From Octopus bimaculoides (Eukaryota): DNA of 55,870 bases. Below the pieces are notes generated by a model. The model had not been told where the DNA came from. It searched no databases and saw only the letters and a list, made by a program, of their open reading frames with translations. Position numbers and translations under genes: made by a program. Below are positions 1 through 12,854 of the stretch, piece by piece. Location of the stretch: assembly GCF_001194135.2 (NCBI RefSeq), contig NC_068989.1:66018972-66074841 (forward strand), read 5' to 3'. Position 1 is the stretch's first letter, and every line of letters begins with the position of its first letter.

Positions 1-406
1 ATAGTTTTGTGGTTTCTCCGTTTCCGTGGATTTGGGGATTAAGATGGTTTTCCCTTTTGTGAGCCATTCAGGCATTGTTTCTGGATCTGCTATTATGTTG
101 TTAAAGTTTTCCGCCAGCTTTTTATGCATTGCTGGCAGGTGTTTTAACCAGAAATTGGGGATCTTGTCGTGTCCAGGTGCTTTCCAGTTGCTTAGTCTTT
201 GCAGTGTCTGGGTGACCTCTTCAGTTGTTATAGGGGCCCAGAGTTGCTCAGGTGCTAAGTTCGTTGTTTTAATGGTCCTTTTTTGGGGTTGTTGCTTCAC
301 CGACCATATTTGCTTCCAGAATTTCTCTAGTTCTTCTGCTGTTGGTGCTGAAGTAATGTCTATTTTATTTTTACCCAGTTCTTGGTAGAGTTTTTTGGGG
401 TTGGAT
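1..406 (-). mobile_element. R4/Dong-like non-LTR retrotransposon, 5'-truncated fragment (N-terminal part of RT), continues beyond window start
   Basis: Manual minus-strand translation is open throughout: SNPKKLYQELGKNKIDITSAPTAEELEKFWKQIW...ITTEEVTQTLQRLSNWKAPGHDKIPNFWLKHLPAMHKKLAENFNNIIADPETMPEWLTKGKTILIPKSTETEKPQNY. NWKAPGxDxIxNFWLK and PxWLTxGxTxLIPK...NY(RPI) are typical of R4/Dong RTs. The 5' end abuts a (TAA)n tract. Confidence 0.85.
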
Positions 407-470
407 ATTATTATTATTGTTATTATTACTATCATTATTATTATTATCATCATCATCATCATCATCATCA

Positions 471-542
<72 letters not shown>
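407..542. repeat. compound (TTA)n/(TCA)n/(TTA)n microsatellite; (TAA)n on the retroelement strand
   Basis: Directly visible trinucleotide repeats. Confidence 0.95.
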
Positions 543-546
<4 letters not shown>

Positions 547-1470
547 CACACATACATACATGTGTGAGTTTGTATAATCTCATACGTTTCTGCCTACATG
601 TACATGCACTAGATTAGTGTACAATATATTCTCACGCGTGGTGCGAGCTGTACTAACAGTCATTTGGAACTCAGGATATATGTTTATATTTCAGCTTGTA
701 CTTATGTAGTTGTATGCATATGTATATGTCTATATTTGTGTATGCGTGCTTGATTTCGTTTTATGAATATAAGTCTCTCATATTCCATTCACTAAATATC
801 TTGCTCGGAGATTTTTATGACAGCCTATAATTACTATGCAATTCAATATTTCTGATACCTATTTTTATTGTTGAATATTCTTATAATTCGTAAAATATCA
901 AAAAACGTCCAAGTATTTCTCAGTCTTCAAACTGACAGTTGTTATTTACAATAGTTTACGTCTTTGAAATATTGATAAGAGATGATATTGATTCTTGGTT
1001 TATAAACTGCAATTGATACAGTTTAGTATAACATCTTAGTACATAATTATTTATAATAACAATATAGTTAGTTTTTGTTCTTTCTTTACTTTTATTTAAT
1101 ATACCTTGTGGATGTCGAATGATATGTGATAGTTGCACTTTTTTGAGGAGTAAGTATGATGTTGTTGGATTTAGATCGCTTTTCTTTCAATGAATTTTTA
1201 AATGATATAAAATTATGTAAAATATTTTAGCCATTATGAAGCTGGTGTTTTAAACATAGATTAACGTTGAATTTAGATGGAAGGTCCAAATTTAAATCCT
1301 TTTAACCCGTTTATTATCATATTTTTACTGAGATTCACTGCCTGTTTCAATTAGCTTTGAATATAATGAATCTAGTAAAATAACCGTCATTATTAAACTG
1401 GTGTTTGCACTTCGTTCATCTTTACGTTCTGAGCCCAACTCCGCCGTATTTTGCATGAAGACCTGCATTT

Positions 1471-2203
1471 CCACCCCTACAATTGGGTCATTTGGCAACA
1501 GTTGAAACCATGGGACTATGTGCAGCAGCTTAATTTAAGCAATGACAACTTCATTTTGTTAATGTGAGATGAAGATTAGTTTCATCCTAATGGCATGGTG
1601 GGTGAATCAACAGAACTGTCGTTATTGGACGCATGAAAATCCGAGAGAAGTGCACGAAAGACTACTGCACAGTCCAGAAGTGACCGTCTGGTGTGCCGTT
1701 GGAAAATTTGCCGTCATTGGTCATTTTTGAAGAGCGGTGCATCCAGATGGTAAACAACTTCTTTGTGCATGAATTACAACGAAAACGTATGCCTATTCGA
1801 CGTGTGTGGTTTCAGAAGGATGGGACGTCGGCCTACACAGCCAGAACAACAACGGACGTTCTTCACCCTCTCTTCGGTGACCGCCTCATTTGCAGGTTCG
1901 CTGACATTCTTTAGCCCCCTCGATCCCCTAATTTGTCAAGGAACGTGTATATGCGCATAAGCCCCATACATTGAACGACTTGAAATCGACAGAGCAATGC
2001 TGGCGAGAGTGGAGACCAACTTCCAAGAACGCCTTCAGAAATGTATCACTGAAAACGAACACCACATGATGGATGTTGTTTTCCAAACTTGATCTTGATA
2101 AATGATGATTCAATACAAACAGTTTTATCGCAATAGAATTTGTCTGCAACTCAAATTAATGATTTTGTGATTTTTTCAAAAACGTCCTCTCCGTTCCACC
2201 CTG
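1471..2203 (+). mobile_element. Tc1/mariner DNA transposon remnant, DD41D (rosa/Visitor)-like, with 3' terminus
   Basis: Frameshifted transposase: VNQQNCRYWTHENPREVHERLLHSPEVTVWCAV...WFQKDGTSAYTARTTTDVLHPLFGDRLICRFADIL*PPRSPNLS...ERVYAHKPHTLNDLK...RLQKCITENEHHMMDVVFQT*. Spacing from the second D extrapolates to 41 residues (third-D segment deleted). Ends CACCCTG followed by TA at 2204-2205. Confidence 0.8.
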
Positions 2204-4282
2204 TACATATGAAAATCTGTAAAACGACAGCAATAAAAAATCTTAGGTGGGTATTGATTGAATAGATTTGATGTTCAGATGAAGAAAAACTGAAAATGGG
2301 ATAAGACATAACATGGATGACGAGAGAAAGAATAACGTGGGTACCAGGTTGGCTTTAGTTGAGGTGATAAGTTAATCTGATATCTACAGACGATCCCATT
2401 AATTTTAGCTCGTAAATTAACATGTTTCCATATTAACTCTCACTGATAAATTTTCTGTAGATTTTTGCCGAAACGTTTTCAGAAAGATACATATATCGGC
2501 TTTCACTTCCAAAACTTGCTGTAAACCTCCCTGCATAACGTTTTCTGTTCTGTTTTTTTTAACAAAATCTACATTGAAATTAATGGCGCGTATAATACAT
2601 CGTATTAATTTGTAAAGTCTATCCCAATATATTTTTATTTTAAAAATATAATAATGCGACAAGACAGTTTTGTTTTCGGTGATATTTTATATTATATGTA
2701 TCTGATGTCGGAGGATGACATAATTGGTAGATTACTGTGTACAACGACCGTTTATGTCGAAATTTCGTAGGGGTTATATTTCTGTTTCATTATTTCATAG
2801 TTGAGAAACTAAGTATCTAGTAACTAGCCTAATGTAACTAGTCTAATTAAATCGACTGATACATCTCATTGAAATACGTATAAATATTAATTATCATCCT
2901 CATCATTATTGTTTCCTATATCCATTTATCATTGCATGTATTAAAAGTATCTAAGACAAAGGTAAATTTTAAGCACATCATTCTTACTGAGAAAGTTTAT
3001 TCCTCAAAATTTTGATATGGAATTTGTATCAGATATAAGTGGCTTATATTTATGTGCATTTCTGGTTAAAGATTATATAATGCATTTTATTATATATTAA
3101 AATGTTTTCATTTGATTACAGTAACTGTAATCTATTTGAAGGACTGGAGGAGTTTAACCTCAAACTGGAAACCATGCATTAATGCGTCCTATAGCGTGAA
3201 TTTCATTAAAAGTACCAAGGACAATGTGTTGGTGTTAAAGCAGGTTATGTGTTATGCCTACTACGTAAGATTAGATGGAAAATATTTATATCTGATATAA
3301 AGGAAACTAACAACAACGCATCGCTTATATAACTGTTTGGTTAGCCATAGTGAAATTTATTATAAATTTTAATCTTTTGAAACTATCATTGGTTAAATCA
3401 GATTTAAATAATAATACTAAAGAAATCCTTTTTTCTCCTCAAAACTAATTTAGCCTTCTGCTGACATATTCACTCGAAATCAGTTACTTTCAGCATCGAA
3501 ATCAATTAAATCGACTGTTGATTATCACTTCTATTCTAACGCGAACATAATTTACTAATGGCATTGCACAAACAACGTCCATTTTAATTATACCCAAACT
3601 CGTTCATATTTTATTTCCTCGAAGAAATGACATTCCATTGCAAGAAATTTTTAACTCGTTTCACGTTAAGTTCAGGCTTGTTTCCTTTCTATTATCATTC
3701 AATAAAATACCCATGGTGAGTGTTGTTTTAACTTCTCTGTTACTATGTCAAGATTGATTACTCTGTATTAGCATATTGACTGATTGCGTTTCATTTTTCA
3801 TTTTCCAAATCACTTTCTCTATCTCTTCCTGACAGATTACGTTGATTTCAATTTTAAACTTAGAAAGTAGCACCAGTCTGCTGTTGCTGCAATTTCAAAA
3901 TTTCCACTAATTTTTCAAAACTTTTAAAATATGCTATGTTAATTTTACGCTACCGTATTTAAAAGGAGATTATTAAATTAAAGCAAAGTTAAAAAAGATA
4001 TCTCAAAAACAGTTCAGTCTCTGTAACTTATAATGGCAGAGTCGTAAGAGAGTCGGTTTAAATTCACTGTAATATTTGTTCCGATTTTTTTGCATTTTGT
4101 GTTCAAAACCCACCGAGGTCAACTTAGAGCCTTTTATCACTTCCAGATCAAATATTAAAGTACCAATGAAGGATAATATAATTGCAGAATCGTTAACGAA
4201 TTGTACTAGAAGATACCTTCCAAATTACTGCGATCTGAGTTCAAATCCTGCCTTATTGTTTAAATGATATTACTCCACTTTA

Positions 4283-4490
4283 GGAGGCGAGCTGGCAGAA
4301 TGGATAGCACGCCGGGCTAATTGCATATCGTTCGTTTTCAGGTTCAGAGTTCAAATTCCTCCGAACTCGACTTCGCTTCTAATCCTTTCGGGGTCGATGA
4401 AGTAAGTACCAGTTGAATACTGGGATCGGTGTAAGGAACTTACTCTACCCCTCGGCGTTGTTGGCCTTGTGCCAAACTTGTAAATCAATA
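4283..4490 (+). mobile_element. tRNA-derived SINE, family A
   Basis: Head GGCGAGCTGGCAGAA (A box), GAGTTCAAATTCC (B box), core ATCCTTTCGGGGTCGAT..AAGTACCAGTTG, tail GGCCTTGTGCCAAA. Homologous to copies at 16700-17580. Confidence 0.8.
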
Positions 4491-4536
4491 TTAATCTATT
4501 TTCTTCATCTCCCACATTCTTTATTTTCGTATTACA

Positions 4537-4581
4537 CACACACACACTCTCTCTCCCTCCCCATCTCTCCCTCTCTTTCCT

Positions 4582-4677
<96 letters not shown>
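4537..4677. repeat. (CA)n/(CT)n/(CA)n microsatellite
   Basis: Directly visible. Confidence 0.9.
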
Positions 4678-4679
<2 letters not shown>

Positions 4680-5596
4680 TCTCTTATAAAGTAATACATA
4701 TAAGAAAATTGTTATTTCAAAATGTAGCCAGTAAAGTCAAAACACAATGTTTGCGCATGTTGTCTATAAAATAGACAATATAATCCAGTTGTTTTTTTCA
4801 ATTATTTTTTTAATTGTTTCTAACCAAACAAGAGCGGATTTTGTTTTGTTTTAAAAGTTAAAACCTTAAGGGACATATATAACAAATAAATAAATACTGA
4901 GCAAATAAACGACTGAAGCAATTTCATTAGAAATCTTTTAAAAGCGAGACGAGATAATTTAATAACGATCAAACTGATTAAGACAGATGTGTCCTTTCAC
5001 AGTGAAAGTATTGTTCATGACACGTTCGACCATAACCTCTTTTTGTGAGATCGCAACAAAATCCTATTCAATACGCGCACATATAATATTCCTTTCATAC
5101 GTCGAAAATATTCTATGCTGCTATAAAGTAGTGCAAGTAAGAAATCAATAAACATGCTTCTGTCTACTGCGTAAATTATTTACAATTTTTTGTTGTACAG
5201 CGAATAAACGTTATATTCATATCCACCTAACAGTGCAGTCTTTCTTAATCTGAACGAGCATTTACAGGTATATTTGTATATGCATATATCTATGTATGTC
5301 ATATATGTATGTATTTATGTATATTATATATGTGTGGATGTATGTGTGAACGCATGTATTTGTATATGGGTTTGGTTAAACAGATAAGGTAAATAGGAGT
5401 TAATGCATAAGTATATATACTTAACAAACTTTTTGGGTAAGCGCTATACACGGAACTCTCTACATGTAAGTTAATTCTGTAACTTTTTATCGATTCAAAA
5501 TTATATGCATGTATGTATGACTGTATTATGTTAGTACTTACACATATACACACACATACATACATGCTACATACATACATACATACATACATACGT

Positions 5597-5640
<44 letters not shown>

Positions 5641-5643
<3 letters not shown>

Positions 5644-5681
5644 TTTGTATACATTCGCTACTTTCCTCCAAGGAATCTAAT
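5641..5681 (+). repeat. second copy of the repeat at 10982-11024, running into an assembly gap
   Basis: GTTTTTGTATACATTCGCTACTTTCCTCCAAGGAATCTAAT versus GTTTTTGCATACATTCGCGCTGCTTTCTTCCAAGGAATCTAAT. Confidence 0.75.
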
Positions 5682-6178
5682 NNNNNNNNNNNNNNNNNNN
5701 NNNNNNNNNNNNNNNNNNNNNNNNNNNNNNNNNNNNNNNNNNNNNNNNNNNNNNNNNNNNNNNNNNNNNNNNNNNNNNNNNNNNNNNNNNNNNNNNNNNN
5801 NNNNNNNNNNNNNNNNNNNNNNNNNNNNNNNNNNNNNNNNNNNNNNNNNNNNNNNNNNNNNNNNNNNNNNNNNNNNNNNNNNNNNNNNNNNNNNNNNNNN
5901 NNNNNNNNNNNNNNNNNNNNNNNNNNNNNNNNNNNNNNNNNNNNNNNNNNNNNNNNNNNNNNNNNNNNNNNNNNNNNNNNNNNNNNNNNNNNNNNNNNNN
6001 NNNNNNNNNNNNNNNNNNNNNNNNNNNNNNNNNNNNNNNNNNNNNNNNNNNNNNNNNNNNNNNNNNNNNNNNNNNNNNNNNNNNNNNNNNNNNNNNNNNN
6101 NNNNNNNNNNNNNNNNNNNNNNNNNNNNNNNNNNNNNNNNNNNNNNNNNNNNNNNNNNNNNNNNNNNNNNNNNNNNNN

Positions 6179-6233
<55 letters not shown>

Positions 6234-7132
6234 CAGCTCACTGTACACGGTTATTTTGCTAAATACGTTTAACAACATAGCAGTCGCCTTGGAATCCTAT
6301 CACTATCAAGAATATTCGAGCAGCTCGGTCGACTCTGGGGTACCCGTTCAGCGAAGTAAATCTATGATAGTGAAAGCACTCTTATGTCACAGAACCTGGA
6401 CTCCTATAGTAAACTTTCAGTCTGTTAGCAAGCGCAATCAAATCTCGTTCATCTAACACTCTACTCTTTTAAAAAAACGCCATTACAAATTAAATATTGT
6501 TGTCCTACACACGCTCCATTTTATCTTCAGCTATGGCTAGTTTATCACAAACTGAACGCTCTTGCTTATCTGCACGATAAGAGGCCAACCTGGACGAAAG
6601 AAAACCCAAAACATATATATATTTAGTCAAACCTCGACCACGTTCATCACAAGGACATCGCAAAACATATTTATCTATTTCTTTTTACATCTAAATCTCA
6701 TTCTCAGGCAACTTTAGCAACTTTCTGTCAAAGAGATCATGAAAGTGATCTCGGATAGAATTTGTTATGAAGACTCAACGGTATAGTTTAATTCTGTTAT
6801 ATGACAACTGACAATACAAATATATTATGACAACACTATAGTCTAACAGCGTTCATTTATTGAAAACATAATACATATGGAAATAGGTAAATGTGTGTAT
6901 ATATGCATATGCACACAAATACACCATACACATAAGTAATATGTATATATATATATATATATATATACGTATACATATAAGTGTGTGTGTTTGTGCATGT
7001 GTACAGGCGTCTGTGTGTTAATAAGGGATTTTTACAGTAGTAGTTCCGAAAGGACATTCTTGCTGGAATAGTTCTTCTGGCCGCTCTGATGAAGCGCAAC
7101 GGGTTTTTATTATTTTTTTTTTTGTGGAAGCG

Positions 7133-8675
7133 TCTCTACAGTGGTCTCACGAAGCTCGTTCCAGATTTCCTCATGCTAAGTGCGTGAGGGTGGCCATGTC
7201 TCAAGCTCATGTGTGTTGGCACATCCGTAGGGAGCGATGCTTCTAAGTTATGTATTATATGTGCAGTTTCCGCCTTTTTTCCTCCTTCTTTCCTTTTTTT
7301 TTAATAAATAATACATGAGCATGCTATCGAAAATGAACCTACACGCATCCGGATGTAGCTAAATAATATACTGACTGCCAACCTCCGGCTTGTTGTTAAT
7401 TTGGGGCTCTAGTGTGTCTATGAGGATAGCTCCCTTAATTCTTAGATTACCTAAATTTCTTTCATTGGCCTCAGTTGTGACTGTTATCCTTTTGTCGGTG
7501 TTCCGGCATCTGTCTAGATGTTTTCTGAAGGAGGAGGCTCTCGTGTTCAGATGTTCTTTGATGCAAATGTGCTACCCACATAGAACTTATTGCATTTCTT
7601 AGATTGTATTCTATGCACAACATTTCCCCGTTGGCATAAATCTGTCACGAATGGAGTAGTTTTCTAGTGTGCATTGATTGCTGTCCCTTGTTCGTTTCTT
7701 TGCGAGGTGTCTTCTCAGAGAGGGGCCGGTGTGGGCTTGTTGTATATCTAGTCCGTCTCCTCTTATGGCTCTTGGGATGGCTGTAGATATCCTCTCGCTA
7801 AAATGGAGTATCCTAAAGAAGCATGTGTTGCTGAGTTTTTCGTGTGTTTGGTGTGTTGGTCGTCTTTGGTACCCAAGCCGATTTACAATGAATATAGTGT
7901 ACCCGATGGTTTTCAATATGTCAAGAAAGCGTGTAGTGTGGGTCACCTTGTCCTCTGGCCTGCTGCACTTGCTCTGGATGCGTGCAAGTTCATTTCCTAT
8001 CTTGGCACCGAGTGGAAATGCTGAACTATACTGGACAAACTGTAGAACTCGGTGTGGATATCTCCTTCCGTTATTCTCAGTTGGAAGTCAAATAGTCATA
8101 GTGATCCAAAGTTGTCGAGATGTTCTATAGTGAACTGTATGTTATGGGCTATGTTCTTAAACGTCCTGAATATTCTGTCAGCCTCTTCACAGGAGGATGT
8201 GAGTATGAGGATGTCATCTACGCACCTGGTGAAGAAGGCGCATGAGCGGCAGCAGATATTTAGTGCTCGACGTTCCAGATGGTTCATGCAGGTAATGGTT
8301 AGTAGGCTGCTGAGACTGGATCCCATGGGGAGACCTGTTGTCTGTTTGTATATGTGGTCATGGAAAGAGAAGTAGGTGTTTTCCACGATGATGGACAAAT
8401 ACTGATGCATATCAGCTACGGTAAGTCCGAAGCAGTGGATGTCGGACGCTACTATGCAGTCAGTCAATAGTTTGATCGCCGAGTGTACTGGTGCCGTTGT
8501 GTACATCGAGACAAGGTCAAGACTAAAGGCATATCTGTTTTGCCTGAGTTGGTCTGAGGGCAGTTGGCACGGCCTTTTGATAACTTCGTCGGAGTTCTTG
8601 TCGTATCCAGGAAAGGTGAGCAGTACGGGTTTCAGGATGTGAAAAAGTAGCCAGGATTTTTTATACAGAGGTCAT
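7133..8675 (-). mobile_element. Penelope-like retroelement (RT + GIY-YIG endonuclease), 5'-truncated and frameshifted
   Basis: Minus strand: SWLLFHILKPVLL...YAFSLDLVSMYTTAPVHSAI...YFSFHDHIYKQTTGLPMGSSLSSLLT...FTRCVDDILIL (PLE RT motifs), then LCQRGNVVHRIQSKKCNKFYVGST...NLRIKGAILIDTLEPQINNK (GIY-YIG). Stop at 7359-7361, followed by about 230 bp of non-coding 3' sequence. Confidence 0.9.
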
Positions 8676-9227
8676 TCTGCAATATATATATATATCGAGA
8701 GAGAGAGAGAGAGAGAGATTGATCGATAGATTGACCGATAGATAGATAGATGTACCTATTCACACACACACGTACACGCACGCATACACACAAGCACGCG
8801 CACAGACACATACACACAAGCACGCGCACAGACACATACACACAAGCACGCACACAGGCACACACACTTACACATAAAAATACACACACATACACACGCA
8901 CACACATATTCCCTATTATTAGTATTTTTTAAAAAATACCCACAATTATCAGGCTATGCGTATTGTATGCGTGTCTTTGAAATTGTTGCTTCTTTTAAAA
9001 CGAATCACCAATTCAAAAATAAGTAAACTATCCAACCATTTCGAATTTTGATGATTCTATTTCAATATTGTCGTGGAAGCATCATTAAATACTAGATTTC
9101 CGATATAATTGGTGAATGTACTTTTACAGAATTACCAGAAATCCTCTCCTCTGTTAACAAATATAATGAGTTTAATATCACACACATGTGTGTGTATGTA
9201 TATATATGCATCTGCATATTTATATGC

Positions 9228-9270
<43 letters not shown>

Positions 9271-10432
9271 TGTACACACACACACACACGCATATATGTA
9301 TGCATATGTATACATCTATATGTCCATCTATGTGTGGGTGTATATATATATATATAAATATATATATATACATAGAAGCACATTTACTTATTTATTCCCT
9401 ATAAACATGTACAAATCGAGAAAAAATGTGTTTTATTGACAGGAAATTTGTGACACTAAATTTATATTAGGCTTTTATTTACTAAGGAAATTTGCTCGGC
9501 TTCAGTAAACATCTTTGTCGAAATCTCAAAAGAATTTTCAAAAGGGAATAGATCTTACGTAAGATATTATATTCTAGATATTTTAATTAAATTTTATCTG
9601 AGACTTTTATAGGCATTAAAGAATTTTGTATTCTTCATTATACGGCTTAGATGAATTTTATTGATAACATTTTATTTAAATGTCAAATTAGATACTATCA
9701 TTATTATCTGGTTCTGTTAGAAAAAACTTGCTAAATTATAGTGATATTTTACTCTGGAAGCTGATGCTCTGTTTTCGCTGTTATTGTTGTTGTCGGGAGA
9801 GGAGGTGTGTTGTTGGTGGTGGTGAAACATAAATTTATGGTAACGATGTTTAATTCAATTAAATATTTCCTTTATGTATTGATTTCTTACGCAAGCACAA
9901 AGTCTCAAACTTGTTGGGAAGACAAAACTAGATACGTATCGTTCAATGCTTTTTCAAAAGATATGAATATACGTCATGAATGAACAGGTTACAAACCAGA
10001 TTTGAAACTGATTTGCTGAATTGGATCCTAGGGAGCCTACTCCTGCAATAACCACCATAAATTTTGTCAAGTTTCCTAGCAATGGTTTAACTTACATATT
10101 TCAATAGGGGTAATGTGCAGTCTTGAGAATACCAGTATATTTACTTTTTATAAGCATACGTTGAACATTCAGAATTTAGTGCAATATCAGGAAGCTAGAG
10201 TAGGGACTTAACATAGAGTAAGCATGATGACGTTTCTTTTTATTATTCTATAAGAAAAAGTTAACTTTATATATTTGCGCATGTGTCAGATCAAATCAAC
10301 ATTGGTTAGCAACTGGTAATTATTGAAGCACATGTAACTAGTGTCCCAGCATGACTTCAGTCCGATGGCTAAAATCTATATATGTTCATATATATATATA
10401 TATATGCAAAAATATATATGTATATATAAATA

Positions 10433-10474
<42 letters not shown>

Positions 10475-10559
10475 TGTGTGTGTGTAGCGGCGTACGTACA
10501 CTTGTTTCTTATATGTAAGTATACATTTTTCTAAATCTTATATGACTCTATTTCTGTCT

Positions 10560-11241
10560 ATCAGCCCCTTCGCCCATATTCGCTCATTCCACTGTTCGTT
10601 CTTTCGTTCCCCCTCGCTCACATTTCCTTGCCTTCTCTTCTCCCTCCACTTTTCATTACGCTGTGCCCCTGTCATTTTTTATCGGCCCTCCTTAATTCTT
10701 TTGTCCCTTTGCCTCTACATCTCTCTCTTCTCCTCCCACGTGACCGGTGTTCGGCCGAGCCTGACCTTTCTTTCTTTCTTGGGCGGCTGTTGAGCGTGCA
10801 ACATCGATCGTTATTCCTCCCTGTGCCTGTGAAATCTTGTATCCAGGTTGTAAGGCCTTATTTCCATATACGCCAGCTTAATTTTATTGGTCCTTAGTCG
10901 AAAGACATCTGTTTTGTCCTGTTATTCCTACTGTATTTGTACTACTGTATTTATGTAACATTGTTCGTTTTTTCCGTCCTTGTTTTTGCATACATTCGCG
11001 CTGCTTTCTTCCAAGGAATCTAATGCTCTTAGCTTAGTTTTTCCTTGGGACTGGCCAGATTAGAGCAATATCGAGAATAACCAGCCGAAATTGCAAAGAT
11101 AATCTGCATCTACACTGAAGAGATAAACCTCCGAATGACCTGTCCGTGTTTTCTTTGTATCTTCTATCTGGATGTTTTGTTCCTTTCTTGTATCACCTAA
11201 ATGTCTTGATGTGTTGCGTTCTTGTCCCATTCTGTATGTAC

Positions 11242-11245
<4 letters not shown>
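10560..11245. repeat. unclassified interspersed repeat, LTR/pLTR-like
   Basis: GC-richer, pyrimidine-skewed block between microsatellites. Part of it recurs at 5641-5681. No ORF. Class is inferred only. Confidence 0.4.
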
Positions 11246-11279
<34 letters not shown>

Positions 11280-11365
11280 ATCTATATATATATATATCTA
11301 TATATATATATATATACATANNNNNNNNNNNNNNNNNNNNNNNNNNNNNNNNNNNNNNNNNNNNN

Positions 11366-11463
<98 letters not shown>

Positions 11464-12854
11464 TGATAGATAGATCATTTGAATAATGATTATTGTAATA
11501 AATCTTGTATCTTTGTTATGCCTTTGTTTACGTGTTGCTTATCCATCTACCACACACTGAAGTGATACCGGTTTAATGGCGTCATCGTGAAACAGGTAGT
11601 ACTGGTTTACAGCGAATCGACAGCCATGCATGGAACTCACAAATATACTGAGGTCTTATTAATTCTATGTGTTTAACAATTCCAACACACGGGCACCTTT
11701 CTCATAAACATCGGTCTACATATGATTAAGTGATACTCGGATGTCTAAGAGTACGAAGACCGCCTAAAATGACTTACGTCAGTCCTGGCGATTTTAAATG
11801 TGTGGCTTTGTGCTCGAGCATGGGAATATTGTGTTTGTGAGTATATATATATATATNNNNNNNNNNNNNNNNNNNNNNNNNNNNNNNNNNNNNNNNNNNN
11901 NNNNNNNNNNNNNNNNNNNNNNNNNNNNNNNNNNNNNNNNNNNNNNNNNNNNNNNNNNNNNNNNNNNNNNNNNNNNNNNNNNNNNNNNNNNNNNNNNNNN
12001 NNNNNNNNNNNNNNNNNNNNNNNNNNNNNNNNNNNNNNNNNNNNNNNNNNNNNNNNNNNNNNNNNNNNNNNNNNNNNNNNNNNNNNNNNNNNNNNNNNNN
12101 NNNNNNNNNNNNNNNNNNNNNNNNNNNNNNNNNNNNNNNNNNNNNNNNNNNNNNNNNNNNNNNNNNNNNNNNNNNNNNNNNNNNNNNNNNNNNNNNNNNN
12201 NNNNNNNNNNNNNNNNNNNNNNNNNNNNNNNNNNNNNNNNNNNNNNNNNNNNNNNNNNNNNNNNNNNNNNNNNNNNNNNNNNNNNNNNNNNNNNNNNNNN
12301 NNNNNNNNNNNNNNNNNNNNNNNNNNNNNNNNNNNNNNNNNNNNNNNNNNNNNNNNNNNNNNNNNNNNNNNNNNNNNNNNNNNNNNNNNNNNNNNNNNNN
12401 NNNNNNNNNNNNNNNNNNNNNNNNNNNNNNNNNNNNNNNNNNNNNNNNNNNNNNNNNNNNNNNNNNNNNNNNNNNNNNNNNNNNNNNNNNNNNNNNNNNN
12501 NNNNNNNNNNNNNNNNNNNNNNNNNNNNNNNNNNNNNNNNNNNNNNNNNNNNNNNNNNNNNNNNNNNNNNNNNNNNNNNNNNNNNNNNNNNNNNNNNNNN
12601 NNNNNNNNNNNNNNNNNNNNNNNNNNNNNNNNNNNNNNNNNNNNNNNNNNNNNNNNNNNNNNNNNNNNNNNNNNNNNNNNNNNNNNNNNAACAATAGAAT
12701 TCTGAGACAGTTAAAACTTTTGTCTAGAATCAATTACTAGCCTGATAGACCCTGCTATGTCAAGATGGACTTATATATTCTTCCTCTGCTCTCTCCCACT
12801 TGGTTTTAATATGTTGCCACATTTGTAATATGTCTTTTTTTCTACATTTTTTCG

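Noticed and set aside
3121-3182. Possible terminal exon NCNLFEGLEEFNLKLETMH* after TTTGATTACAG
   Set aside because: Short, no recognisable homology, and no well-supported upstream exon.
7040-7100. Possible type II hammerhead (GAAAGGAC...GTTCTT...CTGATGA)
   Set aside because: No stem I between the putative cleavage site and CTGATGA.
7678-8375. + strand ORFs of 150 and 107 aa
   Set aside because: Antisense to the Penelope ORF.
11112-11148. CTGAAGAG...CTCCGAATGACCTGTC, hammerhead-like
   Set aside because: GAAA is replaced by GAAT and stems I-III do not pair in register.
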